From an uncultured Solirubrobacteraceae bacterium (GTDB lineage Bacteria > Actinomycetota > Thermoleophilia > Solirubrobacterales > Solirubrobacteraceae): 64,000 bases of DNA. This document shows positions 9,110 through 18,890 of this stretch, piece after piece. A model generated the notes under the pieces. The model worked only from the letters and a program-made list of their open reading frames with translations. It ran no database searches and had not been told where the DNA came from. The stretch spans positions 32,001 through 96,000 of the forward strand of contig CAZPQW010000011.1 in the NCBI GenBank assembly GCA_964588985.1, in the 5' to 3' direction. Position 1 is the first letter of the stretch, and each line of letters opens with the position of its first letter. The position numbers and the translations under genes are program-made.

Positions 9110-11253
9110 GCGGGCATCTCCCGCGGTGCGCCCTCGTGCAACCCGATGCGCGCATGCAGCCGGCGCAGCGGACGCGGCGCCCACCACGTGCGCTCGCCCA
9201 GGCGGCCCATCAGCGCGGGCACGAGCAGCGCGCGCACGACCGTCGCGTCGATCGCCACCGCGAGCGCCGCGCCGACGCCGAGCTGCTTGATGAAGAAGAT
9301 GTGCGACGTCACGAACGCGCCGATCGCGACGCACAGCAAGAGCGCGGCCGCCGTGATCAGCCGCCCGGTGCGCTCTAGTCCCTGAGCGACCGCGTCGCGG
9401 GTGGACAGCCCCATGTCGTGCGCCTCCTTGATCCTCGCGAACAGGAACACACCGTAGTCGGTCGACAGCGCGAACGCCACGACGAACAGGAGCACCAGGT
9501 TCGACTCCTCGAGGCCCCCGATCGGGCTGAATCCCATCAGCGAGGAGAGGTGGCCATCCTGGAATATCAGCACCAGCAGGCCGGCGCCGACGGCGACGGT
9601 CAGCGCGTTCATCACCAGCGCGAGCAGCGGCAGCACGAGCGAGCCGGTCATCAGGAAGATGATGCCGCCGGTGACGAGCGCGAGGATCACGAGCGCAGGA
9701 TCGACGTTCGCCGCGACCGCCGCCTTCTGGTCGACGAACCACGCCGTGGGGCCGCCCACGAGCAGCGTCGAGGAGGACGCGAGCGTGCGCAGCCTTCGGA
9801 TCAGCCGCTGGTTAACCGAGGAGCCATCCTGGCCCCTGGGGTTCAGTTCGAACTGCCACGTTTCGCGGCCGTAGTAACGGGGCGGCACGAGGCTCGCCTG
9901 CCCGGACGCGATCGCCTGCGCGCGCTGTGCCAACCCCGTGACCGTCTGGCGCGCGCCGGCCGGTGCGCGCACGACCAGCGTGATCGCCTGTGAGCCGTTC
10001 ACTGGGAAGTCGCGACCGAGTGTTTCGGCGACCTGGCGCGGCTGCGAGGAGCTCGGCAGCACGCGAGCGTCGGGCGGGGTGAGCTGTAGGCGCAGGGCTG
10101 GGAGCGAGATCGCGATCAGCGCGACCGCGGTGACGAGCGCGATCAGGCCCGGGCGACGCATCACGCCGCGCGCGAGCCGATACCAGGCGCCGCGCTCGGA
10201 CGGCTGCGCGATGTCCTGAGCGCTGCGCTGCATCCAGCGGGGCGCGAGCGAGTCGATGCGCGGACCGAGCGCCACGAGCACCGCCGGCAGCACCACGAGC
10301 GCAACCGCGCCGTCGGCCAGCGCCACGAGCCCGCCGCCCACGCCCATCGAGTAGAGGAATCGCAGCGGGAACACGAGCAGGCACGAGAGCGCGCCCGCGA
10401 CGGTCAGCGAGCTGTAGAGCACCGTGCGCCCGGCGGTCTCGAGCGTGCGCCTGATCGCAGTAGCGGTGTCTGCGCCGCGGGCGAGCTCTTCGCGGTAGCG
10501 CGAGAGCACGAACAGGCTGTAGTCGATGCCGAGGCCGAGGCCGATGCCGGTGACGAGGTTGACCGCGAAGATTGACAGGCCCGCGAACTGGTCGATCAGC
10601 CGCAGCAGCAGGAACGTGGCCACGATCGCGAAGCCGCCCACGAGCAGCGGCAGGACGGCGGCGATCAGGCCACGGAACACCCAAAGCGAGAGCAGCAGCA
10701 GGATCGGGAAGGCGAACGTCTCCGCGGCCCGCAGGTCCGAGCTGGTGCGTTCGTTGATTTCGCTGAACGCCACGTCGTTGCCGCCGAAGCTAACGCCGCT
10801 GCCAGCGAGCAGCGGGCGAACGTGTGCGACCGCGTCCTTCGAGCGTTCGCGATTCGTGAACGCCGCCAGCACGACCGTCTGTCGCCCGTCGCGCGAGACG
10901 AGCTCGGGCAGGTGGGTGCTCGGATAGTCGATCACGCGTTGGAAGCCTGGCTGCTTCGAAAGCAGCGCGGCCACCCGCGTCGTCTCAGCGGCGGCGGCTG
11001 GATCGCTGCGCACGTCGGCCCCGCTCGGCACAAGCGCCGCGACGCCGAATCCGGCGGACTGGCCTGTGGCTCGTTCGATCGCATGCAGCGCCTGCTGGTT
11101 CTGCGAGTGCGGGTCCTGGAAATCCGAGGATTCGCTCTTGAGGATCGAGACGACCGGGGCTCCCAGCGCGGCCGCCACCAGGAACAGGACGCCCGCGAGG
11201 ATCAGCACGCGGCGGGTGTGCCCGGTTGCGAGCGCCAGCAGCCGAGAGGTCAT
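9106..11253 (-). CDS. MMPL (RND superfamily) transporter
   Basis: Two pseudo-repeats with GLGIDYSLFVLSRYREE and LSTDYGVFLFARIKE; ITAAA, DATVVRALLVPA..LG...WW.P. Confidence 0.93.
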   Translation of the reverse strand: MTSRLLALATGHTRRVLILAGVLFLVAAALGAPVVSILKSESSDFQDPHSQNQQALHAIERATGQSAGFGVAALVPSGADVRSDPAAAAETTRVAALLSKQPGFQRVIDYPSTHLPELVSRDGRQTVVLAAFTNRERSKDAVAHVRPLLAGSGVSFGGNDVAFSEINERTSSDLRAAETFAFPILLLLSLWVFRGLIAAVLPLLVGGFAIVATFLLLRLIDQFAGLSIFAVNLVTGIGLGLGIDYSLFVLSRYREELARGADTATAIRRTLETAGRTVLYSSLTVAGALSCLLVFPLRFLYSMGVGGGLVALADGAVALVVLPAVLVALGPRIDSLAPRWMQRSAQDIAQPSERGAWYRLARGVMRRPGLIALVTAVALIAISLPALRLQLTPPDARVLPSSSQPRQVAETLGRDFPVNGSQAITLVVRAPAGARQTVTGLAQRAQAIASGQASLVPPRYYGRETWQFELNPRGQDGSSVNQRLIRRLRTLASSSTLLVGGPTAWFVDQKAAVAANVDPALVILALVTGGIIFLMTGSLVLPLLALVMNALTVAVGAGLLVLIFQDGHLSSLMGFSPIGGLEESNLVLLFVVAFALSTDYGVFLFARIKEAHDMGLSTRDAVAQGLERTGRLITAAALLLCVAIGAFVTSHIFFIKQLGVGAALAVAIDATVVRALLVPALMGRLGERTWWAPRPLRRLHARIGLHEGAPREMPA

Positions 11254-11297
11254 CGTCCGCTCTCCTCCCTGTCGGTGTCGCGCAACCGCACTCCTAC

Positions 11298-11327
11298 ATT
11301 ATGAGTGACTGCTAACTAACTTGTCAA
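11298..11327 (-). promoter_or_regulatory. Sigma-70 promoter for the MMPL gene with overlapping operator-like pseudo-palindrome
   Basis: Minus strand TTGACA-N18-CATAAT; TGAGTGACTGCTAACTAA (11302-11319) is an imperfect palindrome TnAGTnA-N4-TnACTnA. Confidence 0.65.
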
Positions 11328-11350
11328 GGGCAAGTTCAGCTAGATGGATC

Positions 11351-11800
11351 TCAATCGGACGCTTCGCGCCAGACCTCGACCGAGACCTCGTCCACCGGAA
11401 GCGCGATCGGCGGCTCCGGCTTGGCCGCCTTCACCCACACGCCCTCGAGGTCGTAGTCGGCGAGCAGCCGGTCGGCGATCGTGCTGCAGAGCCGCTCGAG
11501 CGTTTTGTGCGAGCGCTGCTGGGCGATCAGCGCGACGAGCTGGCAGACCTCGGCGTAGTCGACCGTGTCCTCGAGCGAGTCCGTTACGGTCGCGTCGGTC
11601 TCGCCGATGTCCAGACGCAGGTCGAGCACCAGGCGCTGGCCCACCTCGCGCTCGGCCTCGGTGACACCGTGGTGGGTGTACAGCGAAAGTCCGCTGATCT
11701 CGATCGTGACCGCCTCGGCGGCCTCTTCGCCCTCCTCTTCGAGACCTGCGTCGTCGTCTAGCTCGTCTGGGTCCTCGCCATGCCCCTCGTCGTCGGCCAC
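11351..11800 (-). CDS. folB: Dihydroneopterin aldolase (with acidic N-terminal extension)
   Basis: I.GL....HHGV..AEREVGQR..LDL, DSLEDTVDY, KP.PPI. Confidence 0.93.
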   Translation of the reverse strand: MADDEGHGEDPDELDDDAGLEEEGEEAAEAVTIEISGLSLYTHHGVTEAEREVGQRLVLDLRLDIGETDATVTDSLEDTVDYAEVCQLVALIAQQRSHKTLERLCSTIADRLLADYDLEGVWVKAAKPEPPIALPVDEVSVEVWREASD

Positions 11801-12690
11801 GAGCCCAACGTAGCAGCCGCCACCGTCAGCGCGGCGCTCACCGGGCCGACGTCGTGCACGCGGAACAAGCTCGCCCCGCGCTCATACGCGAGCACGTTCG
11901 TCGCGATCGTCCCCGGTAGGCGCTCCTCCGGGGACACGGGCTCGCGCTCGCCCGCACCGTCGGCGATCAGCCGGCCGAGGAAGCTCTTGCGCGAGGTCCC
12001 CACGAGGAGTGGGCAACCGAGCGAAGTCAGCTCATCGAGGCGAGCGAGCAGCACGAGGTTGTGCTCGAGCGTCTTGCCGAAGCCGATGCCCGGGTCGAGC
12101 ACGATCCGCTGCTCGGGGATGCCGGCGCTCACCGCGAAGCTCAGACGCTCCTCGAGAAACGCCTTGACGTCGTCGACCACATCTTTGTATTGAGGCCCAC
12201 CCTCGCGCTGCATCGTGCGGGGCTCGCCGAGCATGTGCATCAGACAGCAGTCGACGCCGCTTTCGGCCACCACGCCGACCATCCCCGGATCGGCTCGCAG
12301 CGCGCTCACGTCGTTGACGATGCTCGCCCCCGCGGCGATCGCGGCTCGCGCCACCGCCGCCTTGGACGTGTCGATCGAGACCTGCGGAGGCGTGGAGATC
12401 CAATCGGTCGCGGCGATCCCCTCGAGCACCGGCAGCACCCTGCGCAGCTCCTCCTCACCCGAGACCGGCTCGGCTCCCGGCCGCGTCGACTCGCCACCCA
12501 CATCCAGGATGTCCGCGCCTTCTGCGACCAGCGTCAACGCGTGCGCGATCGCATCGCCCGCGTCGAGGTACTCCCCTCCGTCTGAGAACGAGTCGGGGGT
12601 CACGTTCACAACCCCCATGATTCGGAACGGCGAGGCGTCAGGCAGGTTCTGGGCGCTCTTTGTCGCTGGCTCTGATCTCAGCCGTTCCAC
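11758..12690 (-). CDS. folP: Dihydropteroate synthase
   Basis: MGVVNVTPDSFSDGG, DVGGESTRPGA, SIDT, LDPGIGFGKT, SRKSF, RVHDV; true start may be ATG 12618. Confidence 0.96.
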   Translation of the reverse strand: MERLRSEPATKSAQNLPDASPFRIMGVVNVTPDSFSDGGEYLDAGDAIAHALTLVAEGADILDVGGESTRPGAEPVSGEEELRRVLPVLEGIAATDWISTPPQVSIDTSKAAVARAAIAAGASIVNDVSALRADPGMVGVVAESGVDCCLMHMLGEPRTMQREGGPQYKDVVDDVKAFLEERLSFAVSAGIPEQRIVLDPGIGFGKTLEHNLVLLARLDELTSLGCPLLVGTSRKSFLGRLIADGAGEREPVSPEERLPGTIATNVLAYERGASLFRVHDVGPVSAALTVAAATLGSWPTTRGMARTQTS

Positions 12691-14626
12691 CCGCGAGCCC
12701 TGGCCTCGGAACCGGGCGCGGCACGGTCTCGCGCTCCGCGCGCTCAGCCGAGGCGGGCGGCGCGGGAAGCTCCGGCGTGGCGGCGTCTTCGATGCCGAAC
12801 ACCTCCTCCTCGCTCTTGCCCGCGAGCAGCGCCGCGAACTCCTCCTTCTCGATCGTCTCGCGTTTGACGAGGATCTCGGAGATGTTCTTCAGGTCGTGCT
12901 CGTGTTCGGAGAGGATGCTCGTCGCGCGCTGGTGGGCGGACTCGATGATGCGGCGAATCTCGTCGTCGATCTCGCGGGCGATCTCGTCGGAGTAGTCCGG
13001 TTCGCTGGAGAATTCGCGGCCGAGGAACGGCTGGCTGTGGTCGTGGCCGAACACGCGCGGCCCGAGCTTCTGGCTCATGCCGAAGCGCATCACCATCTGC
13101 TTCGCCGTGGCGGTGACCTTCTCGATGTCGTTGGAAGCTCCGGTGGTGATCTCGCCGAAGACGATTTCCTCGGCGGCGCGTCCGCCGAGCGTCATCGCCA
13201 TCGTGTCCTCGAGCTCGGCGCGCGTGGTCAGGAAACGGTCCTCCTGGGGCATCGAGATCGTGTAGCCGAGCGCCTGGCCACGTGAGATCACGGAGATCTT
13301 GTGCACCGGGTCAGCGTGCTCGAGGAAGTGGCCCACGAGCGCGTGGCCCATCTCGTGGTAGGCGGTGATGAGGCGCTCTTTCTCGCTCATCACGCGCGTC
13401 TTCTTCTCCGGGCCGGCGATCACGCGCATGATCCCCTCCTCCAGCTCGACCTGGCCGATCTCGCGCTTGCCGGTGCGCGCGGACAGCAGCGCCGCCTCGT
13501 TGATCAGGTTGGAGAGGTCAGCGCCGGTAAAGCCCGGGGTCTGTCCCGCGAGCGCGTCGATGTCGATGACCTTCGCGAGCGGCTTGCCGCGCGTGTGGAC
13601 CTCGAGGATCTTCGCGCGACCCTTGCGGTCGGGGCGGTCGACGGCGATCTGGCGGTCGAAGCGCCCGGGGCGCAGCAGCGCCGGGTCGAGGATGTCGGGC
13701 CGGTTGGTGGCCGCGATCATGATGATGTTGTCCTTCGCCTCGAAGCCGTCCATCTCGACGAGCAGCTGGTTGAGCGTCTGCTCGCGCTCGTCGTGACCGC
13801 CGCCCAGGCCCGCGCCGCGGTGGCGGCCGACGGCGTCGATCTCGTCCATGAAGATGATGCACGGGCTGTTCTGCTTGGCCTGCTCGAACAGATCGCGGAC
13901 GCGCGATGCGCCGACGCCGACGAACATCTCCACGAAGTCCGAGCCGGAGATCGAGAAGAACGGCACGCCCGCCTCGCCGGCGACCGCGCGCGCGAGCAGC
14001 GTCTTGCCCGTTCCCGGGGGGCCGTACAGCAGCACGCCGGTGGGGATCCGCGCACCGAGCGCCTGGAACTTCTTCGGGTTCTCCAGGAACTCCTTGATCT
14101 CGTGGAGCTCCTCCACCGCCTCGTCCACGCCGGCCACGTCGCGGAAGGTGATCTTCGGCGAGTCCGCGGACATGCGCTTGGCGCGCGACTTGCCGAACGA
14201 CATCACTTTCGAGCCGCCGCCCTGGACCTGGTTCATGATGAAAAGCCAGAACCCGAAGAACAGCAGGATCGGGACGATGTAGCCGAGCAGGCTCAGCAGC
14301 GCGTCGCTCTTTTCCGCTTCGATGTTGAACTTGACCCCGGGAACGCTTTCGAGCTTTTTGAGCAGTTCGGGCGTGGCCTGTTCGATGAAGCCGATTTCGT
14401 AGCTTTCCTTGTTCGCCTTGCTGTTGAGCTTGACTTCGAGCGCTTTGCCCTTGTTCTTCAGCAGGACCGATTCGACTTCGCCTTTGGGGATCTCCGTGGA
14501 GACCAGCGTCTGATAGCTGTGCGAATGCCGGTTGGACGAACTCGGCGTGAAGAATTTGACGGCGAGAAACGCCAACACCACGACGATGAGGATCGGAAAT
14601 GCGGCGCTCTTGAAGAAGCGGGTCAT
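12638..14626 (-). CDS. ftsH: ATP-dependent zinc metalloprotease FtsH
   Basis: Two N-terminal TMs, [29 protein letters not shown] motif, HEMGH zinc motif, TTGASND; start ATG 14626. Confidence 0.97.
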   Translation of the reverse strand: MTRFFKSAAFPILIVVVLAFLAVKFFTPSSSNRHSHSYQTLVSTEIPKGEVESVLLKNKGKALEVKLNSKANKESYEIGFIEQATPELLKKLESVPGVKFNIEAEKSDALLSLLGYIVPILLFFGFWLFIMNQVQGGGSKVMSFGKSRAKRMSADSPKITFRDVAGVDEAVEELHEIKEFLENPKKFQALGARIPTGVLLYGPPGTGKTLLARAVAGEAGVPFFSISGSDFVEMFVGVGASRVRDLFEQAKQNSPCIIFMDEIDAVGRHRGAGLGGGHDEREQTLNQLLVEMDGFEAKDNIIMIAATNRPDILDPALLRPGRFDRQIAVDRPDRKGRAKILEVHTRGKPLAKVIDIDALAGQTPGFTGADLSNLINEAALLSARTGKREIGQVELEEGIMRVIAGPEKKTRVMSEKERLITAYHEMGHALVGHFLEHADPVHKISVISRGQALGYTISMPQEDRFLTTRAELEDTMAMTLGGRAAEEIVFGEITTGASNDIEKVTATAKQMVMRFGMSQKLGPRVFGHDHSQPFLGREFSSEPDYSDEIAREIDDEIRRIIESAHQRATSILSEHEHDLKNISEILVKRETIEKEEFAALLAGKSEEEVFGIEDAATPELPAPPASAERAERETVPRPVPRPGLAGGTAEIRASDKERPEPA

Positions 14627-14747
14627 GGCGAGTTCCTGAGGGTCCTGGCACCGTCTGAGGTCGTGACCACCGCTCCCCAGCGTACCATGCAGGACCGGCC
14701 CTTCGGGCGGTTGCGCGGGACGCTCGAGACCCGAAGGCCGAGGCTCT

Positions 14748-15296
14748 CTAGCTGTCCAGCACCGCCACGTAGGGCAAGTTGCGGTGGCGCTCGGCGTAGT
14801 CGAGCCCATAGCCGACCACAAAGCGGTCGGGTATCTCAAAGCCCACGTAGCGAGTGGGCAGGTCGACCTTGCGCCGCTCGGGCTTTGTCAGAAGCGCGCA
14901 CACCTCGAGCGTGCGCGGGTTGCGCGAGCCGAGGTTGCGAAGCAGGTACTGCAGAGTCAACCCGGAGTCGACGATGTCCTCGACGATCAGCACGTCGCGG
15001 TCTTCTATCGACGCGTCGAGGTCCTTGAGGATGCGAACCACGCCGGAGGAGTCGGTGGCGGAGCCGTAGGAGGCGACCGCCATGAAGTCGACCTCGACGG
15101 GGATGTCGATGAAGCGCATGAGATCGCTCAGGAAGAACACCGCGCCCTTGAGCACGCCTACGAGCAGCAGCGGCCTGCCGGCATAGTCGCGAGAGATCTC
15201 CTCGCCAAGTTCCACCACCCTACGCTGCAGGTCCTCGGCGGTGACCAGCACCTCGCCCAGACCTGGCTCGACTGAGACGCGTGCGGGTGTGGCCAC
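14748..15296 (-). CDS. hpt: Hypoxanthine phosphoribosyltransferase
   Basis: [33 protein letters not shown]...RNLPY. Confidence 0.96.
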   Translation of the reverse strand: MATPARVSVEPGLGEVLVTAEDLQRRVVELGEEISRDYAGRPLLLVGVLKGAVFFLSDLMRFIDIPVEVDFMAVASYGSATDSSGVVRILKDLDASIEDRDVLIVEDIVDSGLTLQYLLRNLGSRNPRTLEVCALLTKPERRKVDLPTRYVGFEIPDRFVVGYGLDYAERHRNLPYVAVLDS

Positions 15297-15306
15297 GCGA
15301 GGGAGT

Positions 15307-16314
15307 CTAGTCCTCGTGCGGCGGCTGCTCGGCGGGGGAGCGCTCGGCGCGTGGCGGAAGCTTCACCATCGTGAGGACGCCGTCCTCGATGACGGCGCCG
15401 GCACGCCCCCCTACGTGCAGCTCCGCGCGGCCGCCGCGACGACCGAGCGCGATCAGCTCCTCGACGCGCTCGCCGGCCTGCGGTACGTACGTGCCCGCGG
15501 CCTCCTCGGCGAGGCGCACCACCACCAGTCGTGCCAGCGCGGCCGGCAGCTGGCTCAGCCGGAGGATCGCGATGCCCGCGCGCCCGGCGAGCTCGCCTGT
15601 GACGAGCTCGTCGAGCAGCTCGGTCTCCTCGCGCAACAGCGCGGCGGTGCGCAGCACGTTGGCCTCGGCGGCGGGGTGCACGGCGCGCAGGGCCGGCAGC
15701 AGCCCGTGCCTAACACGAGTGCGGGCATAGCGCTCGTCCGCGTTGCTCTCGTCCTCTCGCCAGCCGAGCCCCTGTGCTTCGCAGTAGGCGGCCGTCTGCT
15801 CGCGCGTGACCCCCAGCAACGGGCGGATCAGGCGCCCCTCGCTCGCGACCATCCCCTGCAACGCGCGCCGTCCGGGAGAGGCCGCCAGCCGGTAGAGGAT
15901 CGTCTCGACCTGGTCGCTGGCGGTGTGGCCCGTGGCGACGAGCGCATCGCGCCGTTGCGCCGACCGCGTCGCCGCGTCGTAGCGCAGCTCGCGCGCCCAC
16001 GCCTGCACGTTGCCGGCGGCTCCCGGCATACCCGGCGAGCCCGCGTCGCGCTCCGCGCGCACCACCTCCAGCTCGACGCCCAGCCGCTCGCACACCGCCG
16101 CGCAGTGACGCTCGTCCGCGTCCGCCTGCTCGCGCAGCCCGTAGTTGACATGCAGGGCGCTCACCCACTCCGGGCCAAGCAGCGCCACGGCCACGTCGAG
16201 CAGACAGGTCGAATCGCGCCCTCCGGAGAGCATCGCGAGGATCGGACGCCCGCCCGCCGCGCGCGCGAACAGCCCGCTCGCGCCGATCGTCTCGCGCACC
16301 TCCTCGACGATCAT
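15307..16314 (-). CDS. tilS: tRNA(Ile)-lysidine synthetase
   Basis: SGGRDS PP-loop, [34 protein letters not shown]; position upstream of hpt-ftsH; start ATG 16314. Confidence 0.93.
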   Translation of the reverse strand: MIVEEVRETIGASGLFARAAGGRPILAMLSGGRDSTCLLDVAVALLGPEWVSALHVNYGLREQADADERHCAAVCERLGVELEVVRAERDAGSPGMPGAAGNVQAWARELRYDAATRSAQRRDALVATGHTASDQVETILYRLAASPGRRALQGMVASEGRLIRPLLGVTREQTAAYCEAQGLGWREDESNADERYARTRVRHGLLPALRAVHPAAEANVLRTAALLREETELLDELVTGELAGRAGIAILRLSQLPAALARLVVVRLAEEAAGTYVPQAGERVEELIALGRRGGRAELHVGGRAGAVIEDGVLTMVKLPPRAERSPAEQPPHED

Positions 16315-16316
16315 CT

Positions 16317-17537
16317 CTACCCCTCGCGAGCGGAGGCCACGAACAGCTCCGTCGGCTCGGAGAAGCCCTTCAGCCGAACCTCGCCGATGCGGATGAACTC
16401 GAGGCCGTCGTGCCCCTGAGCGCTTTCCACCACCGAGCGCGTCACGAGCACCTCCCCGCCTCCCGCCCTTGCGACCACGCGCGCGGCCTGATTGACCTCG
16501 CGGCCGAAGTAGTCGCCGTCGCGGTAGAGCGCCTCGCCGTAGTGCACGCCGATCCGCGGCGGCGGCTCGCCGGGCGCGATCTGGTCCTGCAGGCCGACCG
16601 CCCATGCCGTCAGCGCGGCCACGTCGGAACCCACGACCATCACCTCGTCGCCGAGCGTCTTGATCACGCGCGCGTCCAGCGGCAGGCTCTGCGCAACGGC
16701 CCTGACGAACCCTTCCACCGTGCTTACCGCCGCCTCGTCCCCGCGCTCGACGGTCAGGCGCGCGTAGCCGGCGAGGTCGGCGAACGCGATCGCCACGCGC
16801 AGCCGTCCCTCCTCGAGGACGTCGTCGCCCAGGTCGGCCTCCATGTGACCGATCATGTCCTGCTCCACGAAGTGCGTGAGGAAACGGCCGTGCAGGTAGT
16901 TCATGAACGGCGCCGCGAACGGGAATATCTCGCGCACCAGCCCCTCCATCTCCTCGGCGACCTCGACGCTCGGCACGCCCGCGCGCATCAGCGGCTCGTG
17001 CACGTAGAGATGGACCAGCCGCACCTCCGCGTCGGCGATCTGCGCGATCACCTGGCCGTAGACGCGCATCAGCTGCAGGAACGCTGGCAGCGGAAAGCCA
17101 GCGCCGAGCATCGTGGACACGTAGCGCATCATCTCCAGGTCTTCGTCGGAGATCGCCTCCAGTGGAAGGGTGCCGAGGCCCATGGTGATGTAGATCTCTT
17201 CGATCAGCTCCGGCTTGACGCCGCTCTCGCGCGCGGCGTCCTTGAGCGAGTGCCGCGGCTCGGAGCTGCGCAGCATGTTCTCGATCGGCCCGACGGCGAG
17301 CTGGCCGTTGTCGCTGGCCTGCTTGATTCGCTCGAGCGTGTGACCGCGAGCGCGAAGCCTCGCGACCACGCGGACGTAGGCCATGGCGGAAGGGGTCCAG
17401 CGTCCGTCGTAGCCGGGGACCAGGCCCTTGGCGACCCAGCGGCGGACCGTCGCGGCGGAGACGCCAGCGCGCGCGGCCACCTGAGCGAGCGTCAGCTCGC
17501 CGGTCTCGCGCACTGGATCAGCGTCGGGCTCGTTCAC
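16317..17537 (-). CDS. Class III adenylate/guanylate cyclase with N-terminal MerR-like HTH and regulatory domain
   Basis: LAQVAARAGVSAATVRRW HTH; catalytic FADLAGY, KTLGDEVM, RIGVHYG, DYFGREVNQAAR, LKG. Confidence 0.88.
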   Translation of the reverse strand: MNEPDADPVRETGELTLAQVAARAGVSAATVRRWVAKGLVPGYDGRWTPSAMAYVRVVARLRARGHTLERIKQASDNGQLAVGPIENMLRSSEPRHSLKDAARESGVKPELIEEIYITMGLGTLPLEAISDEDLEMMRYVSTMLGAGFPLPAFLQLMRVYGQVIAQIADAEVRLVHLYVHEPLMRAGVPSVEVAEEMEGLVREIFPFAAPFMNYLHGRFLTHFVEQDMIGHMEADLGDDVLEEGRLRVAIAFADLAGYARLTVERGDEAAVSTVEGFVRAVAQSLPLDARVIKTLGDEVMVVGSDVAALTAWAVGLQDQIAPGEPPPRIGVHYGEALYRDGDYFGREVNQAARVVARAGGGEVLVTRSVVESAQGHDGLEFIRIGEVRLKGFSEPTELFVASAREG

Positions 17538-17592
17538 TCAGACGCGAGGCGCGGCGGGCATTCCCATACCTCGAAGTCTAAAGTCGCGGCCG

Positions 17593-18312
17593 ATGGCACA
17601 CGATCCACCCCACCCGGAAGCGGCGCGTCAGCCCTCGATCCACCTGCGTCCGACGGCGGAGTTGAGCGAGCGCGTGCTGCTGCCCGGCGACCCTGGCCGC
17701 GCGCTGATGCTGGCCCAGGCCCTGCTGCAGGAGCCGCGCATGTTCAACCACCACCGCGGCCTGTGGGGCTACACCGGCACAGCAAGCGATGGCGGCAAGC
17801 TGACGATCCAGGCGACCGGCATGGGCGGACCGTCGGCGGCGATCGTGCTGCACGAGCTGATCGTGCTGGGAGCCCGCCGGGCGATCCGTGTGGGCACCTG
17901 CGGCGCGCTCGCTCCTGGGCTCGAGCTGGGCGAGCTCGTGGTGGCATGCGAGGCGATCTGCGCCGACGGCACCTCGCGCGCGCTGGGCGCGGGCGAGCGG
18001 ATCGCGGCCGACCCGGCGCTCACGCGCGCGCTGACGCGCGAGGCGCGGGGAGCGCGCGAAGGCGCCGTCGTGAGCGTGGATCTCTTCTACGAGGACGGCG
18101 ACCCGGGCGATGGTCGCGACGCGCTCGCGGTGGAGATGGAGGCGGCGACGCTGTTCGCGGTCGGCGCCCGAGCGCACGTTCCCGTGGCCTGTGTGCTGGC
18201 TGTGTCCGACACGTTCGACGGAGAGGGCAACCGCGCGCGAATCGAGGATGATGCGCTGCTCGCCGCTGCGGAGAGGATGGGGGCGGCGGCGATCGCCGCC
18301 CTCGCGGCCTGA
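17593..18312 (+). CDS. deoD: Purine-nucleoside phosphorylase (DeoD-type, PNP/UDP family 1)
   Basis: VLLPGDPGRA, R..WGYTG, TGMGGPSAAI, IRVGTCGAL, AVEMEAA, VSD. Confidence 0.85.
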   Translation: MAHDPPHPEAARQPSIHLRPTAELSERVLLPGDPGRALMLAQALLQEPRMFNHHRGLWGYTGTASDGGKLTIQATGMGGPSAAIVLHELIVLGARRAIRVGTCGALAPGLELGELVVACEAICADGTSRALGAGERIAADPALTRALTREARGAREGAVVSVDLFYEDGDPGDGRDALAVEMEAATLFAVGARAHVPVACVLAVSDTFDGEGNRARIEDDALLAAAERMGAAAIAALAA

Positions 18313-18324
18313 ACCGCTTGGGCC

Positions 18325-18867
18325 TCAGCCCGCTTTGGGCTTGGCTCTTGCCGCTTTGGCTTTCGCCGGTTTGGCTGCCGCTTTGGGCTTGGCGGCCGGT
18401 GTTCCCGATTTGCCTCGGACGCCAGCCGCTTTCGCGGTCGCCTTCGGTTTCGCCGCTTTGGCTTTCGGCTGCGCTTTGGCCGCCGCTTTGGGCTTGGCCG
18501 GCTGGTCGAGCTTGCTCGTGAGCGTGCGCAGCTGCTGCTCGATCGCGGACAGGCGCGCCTCGACCCCGCCCGTGGACGTGCCGCGATCGAGGCGGTCGAC
18601 GCCGTCCTCGATGCCCTCCAGCCGGTGGGAGACCGAGCGCAGCCGCCTCGTCAGCCGTTCGATGTCGGCCGCGGAGGGGATGTTGAGCGCGCTCAGCGCC
18701 ACCTCCTGTGCCTGCGCCGCCTTCTCGCGGGCCTCGAACGCGCGACCGATCGCGCCGGTCAGGAGCGGGTTTTCCAGCAGATCAGACAGCGCCTTGCCGA
18801 GCCGCTCCTCGGTGTTGCCGCCCAGGCGATCGCGCAGGTGCTTGGCGACATTGCTCGCGTCGGACAT
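18325..18867 (-). CDS. Hypothetical protein: phasin-like helical/coiled-coil region plus Lys/Ala/Pro-rich histone H1-like tail
   Basis: LNIPSAADIERLTRRL.....LE.IE coiled coil, followed by KPKAAAKA-type repeats. Confidence 0.7.
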   Translation of the reverse strand: MSDASNVAKHLRDRLGGNTEERLGKALSDLLENPLLTGAIGRAFEAREKAAQAQEVALSALNIPSAADIERLTRRLRSVSHRLEGIEDGVDRLDRGTSTGGVEARLSAIEQQLRTLTSKLDQPAKPKAAAKAQPKAKAAKPKATAKAAGVRGKSGTPAAKPKAAAKPAKAKAARAKPKAG

Positions 18868-18890
18868 CTTCTGAAGGATACGGTGCAGCG
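18868..18890. promoter_or_regulatory. Bidirectional leaderless promoter
   Basis: Overlapping -10 hexamers: TATCCT (minus, 18875-18880, 7 nt before ATG 18867) and TACGGT (plus, 18879-18884, 6 nt before ATG 18891). Confidence 0.55.
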
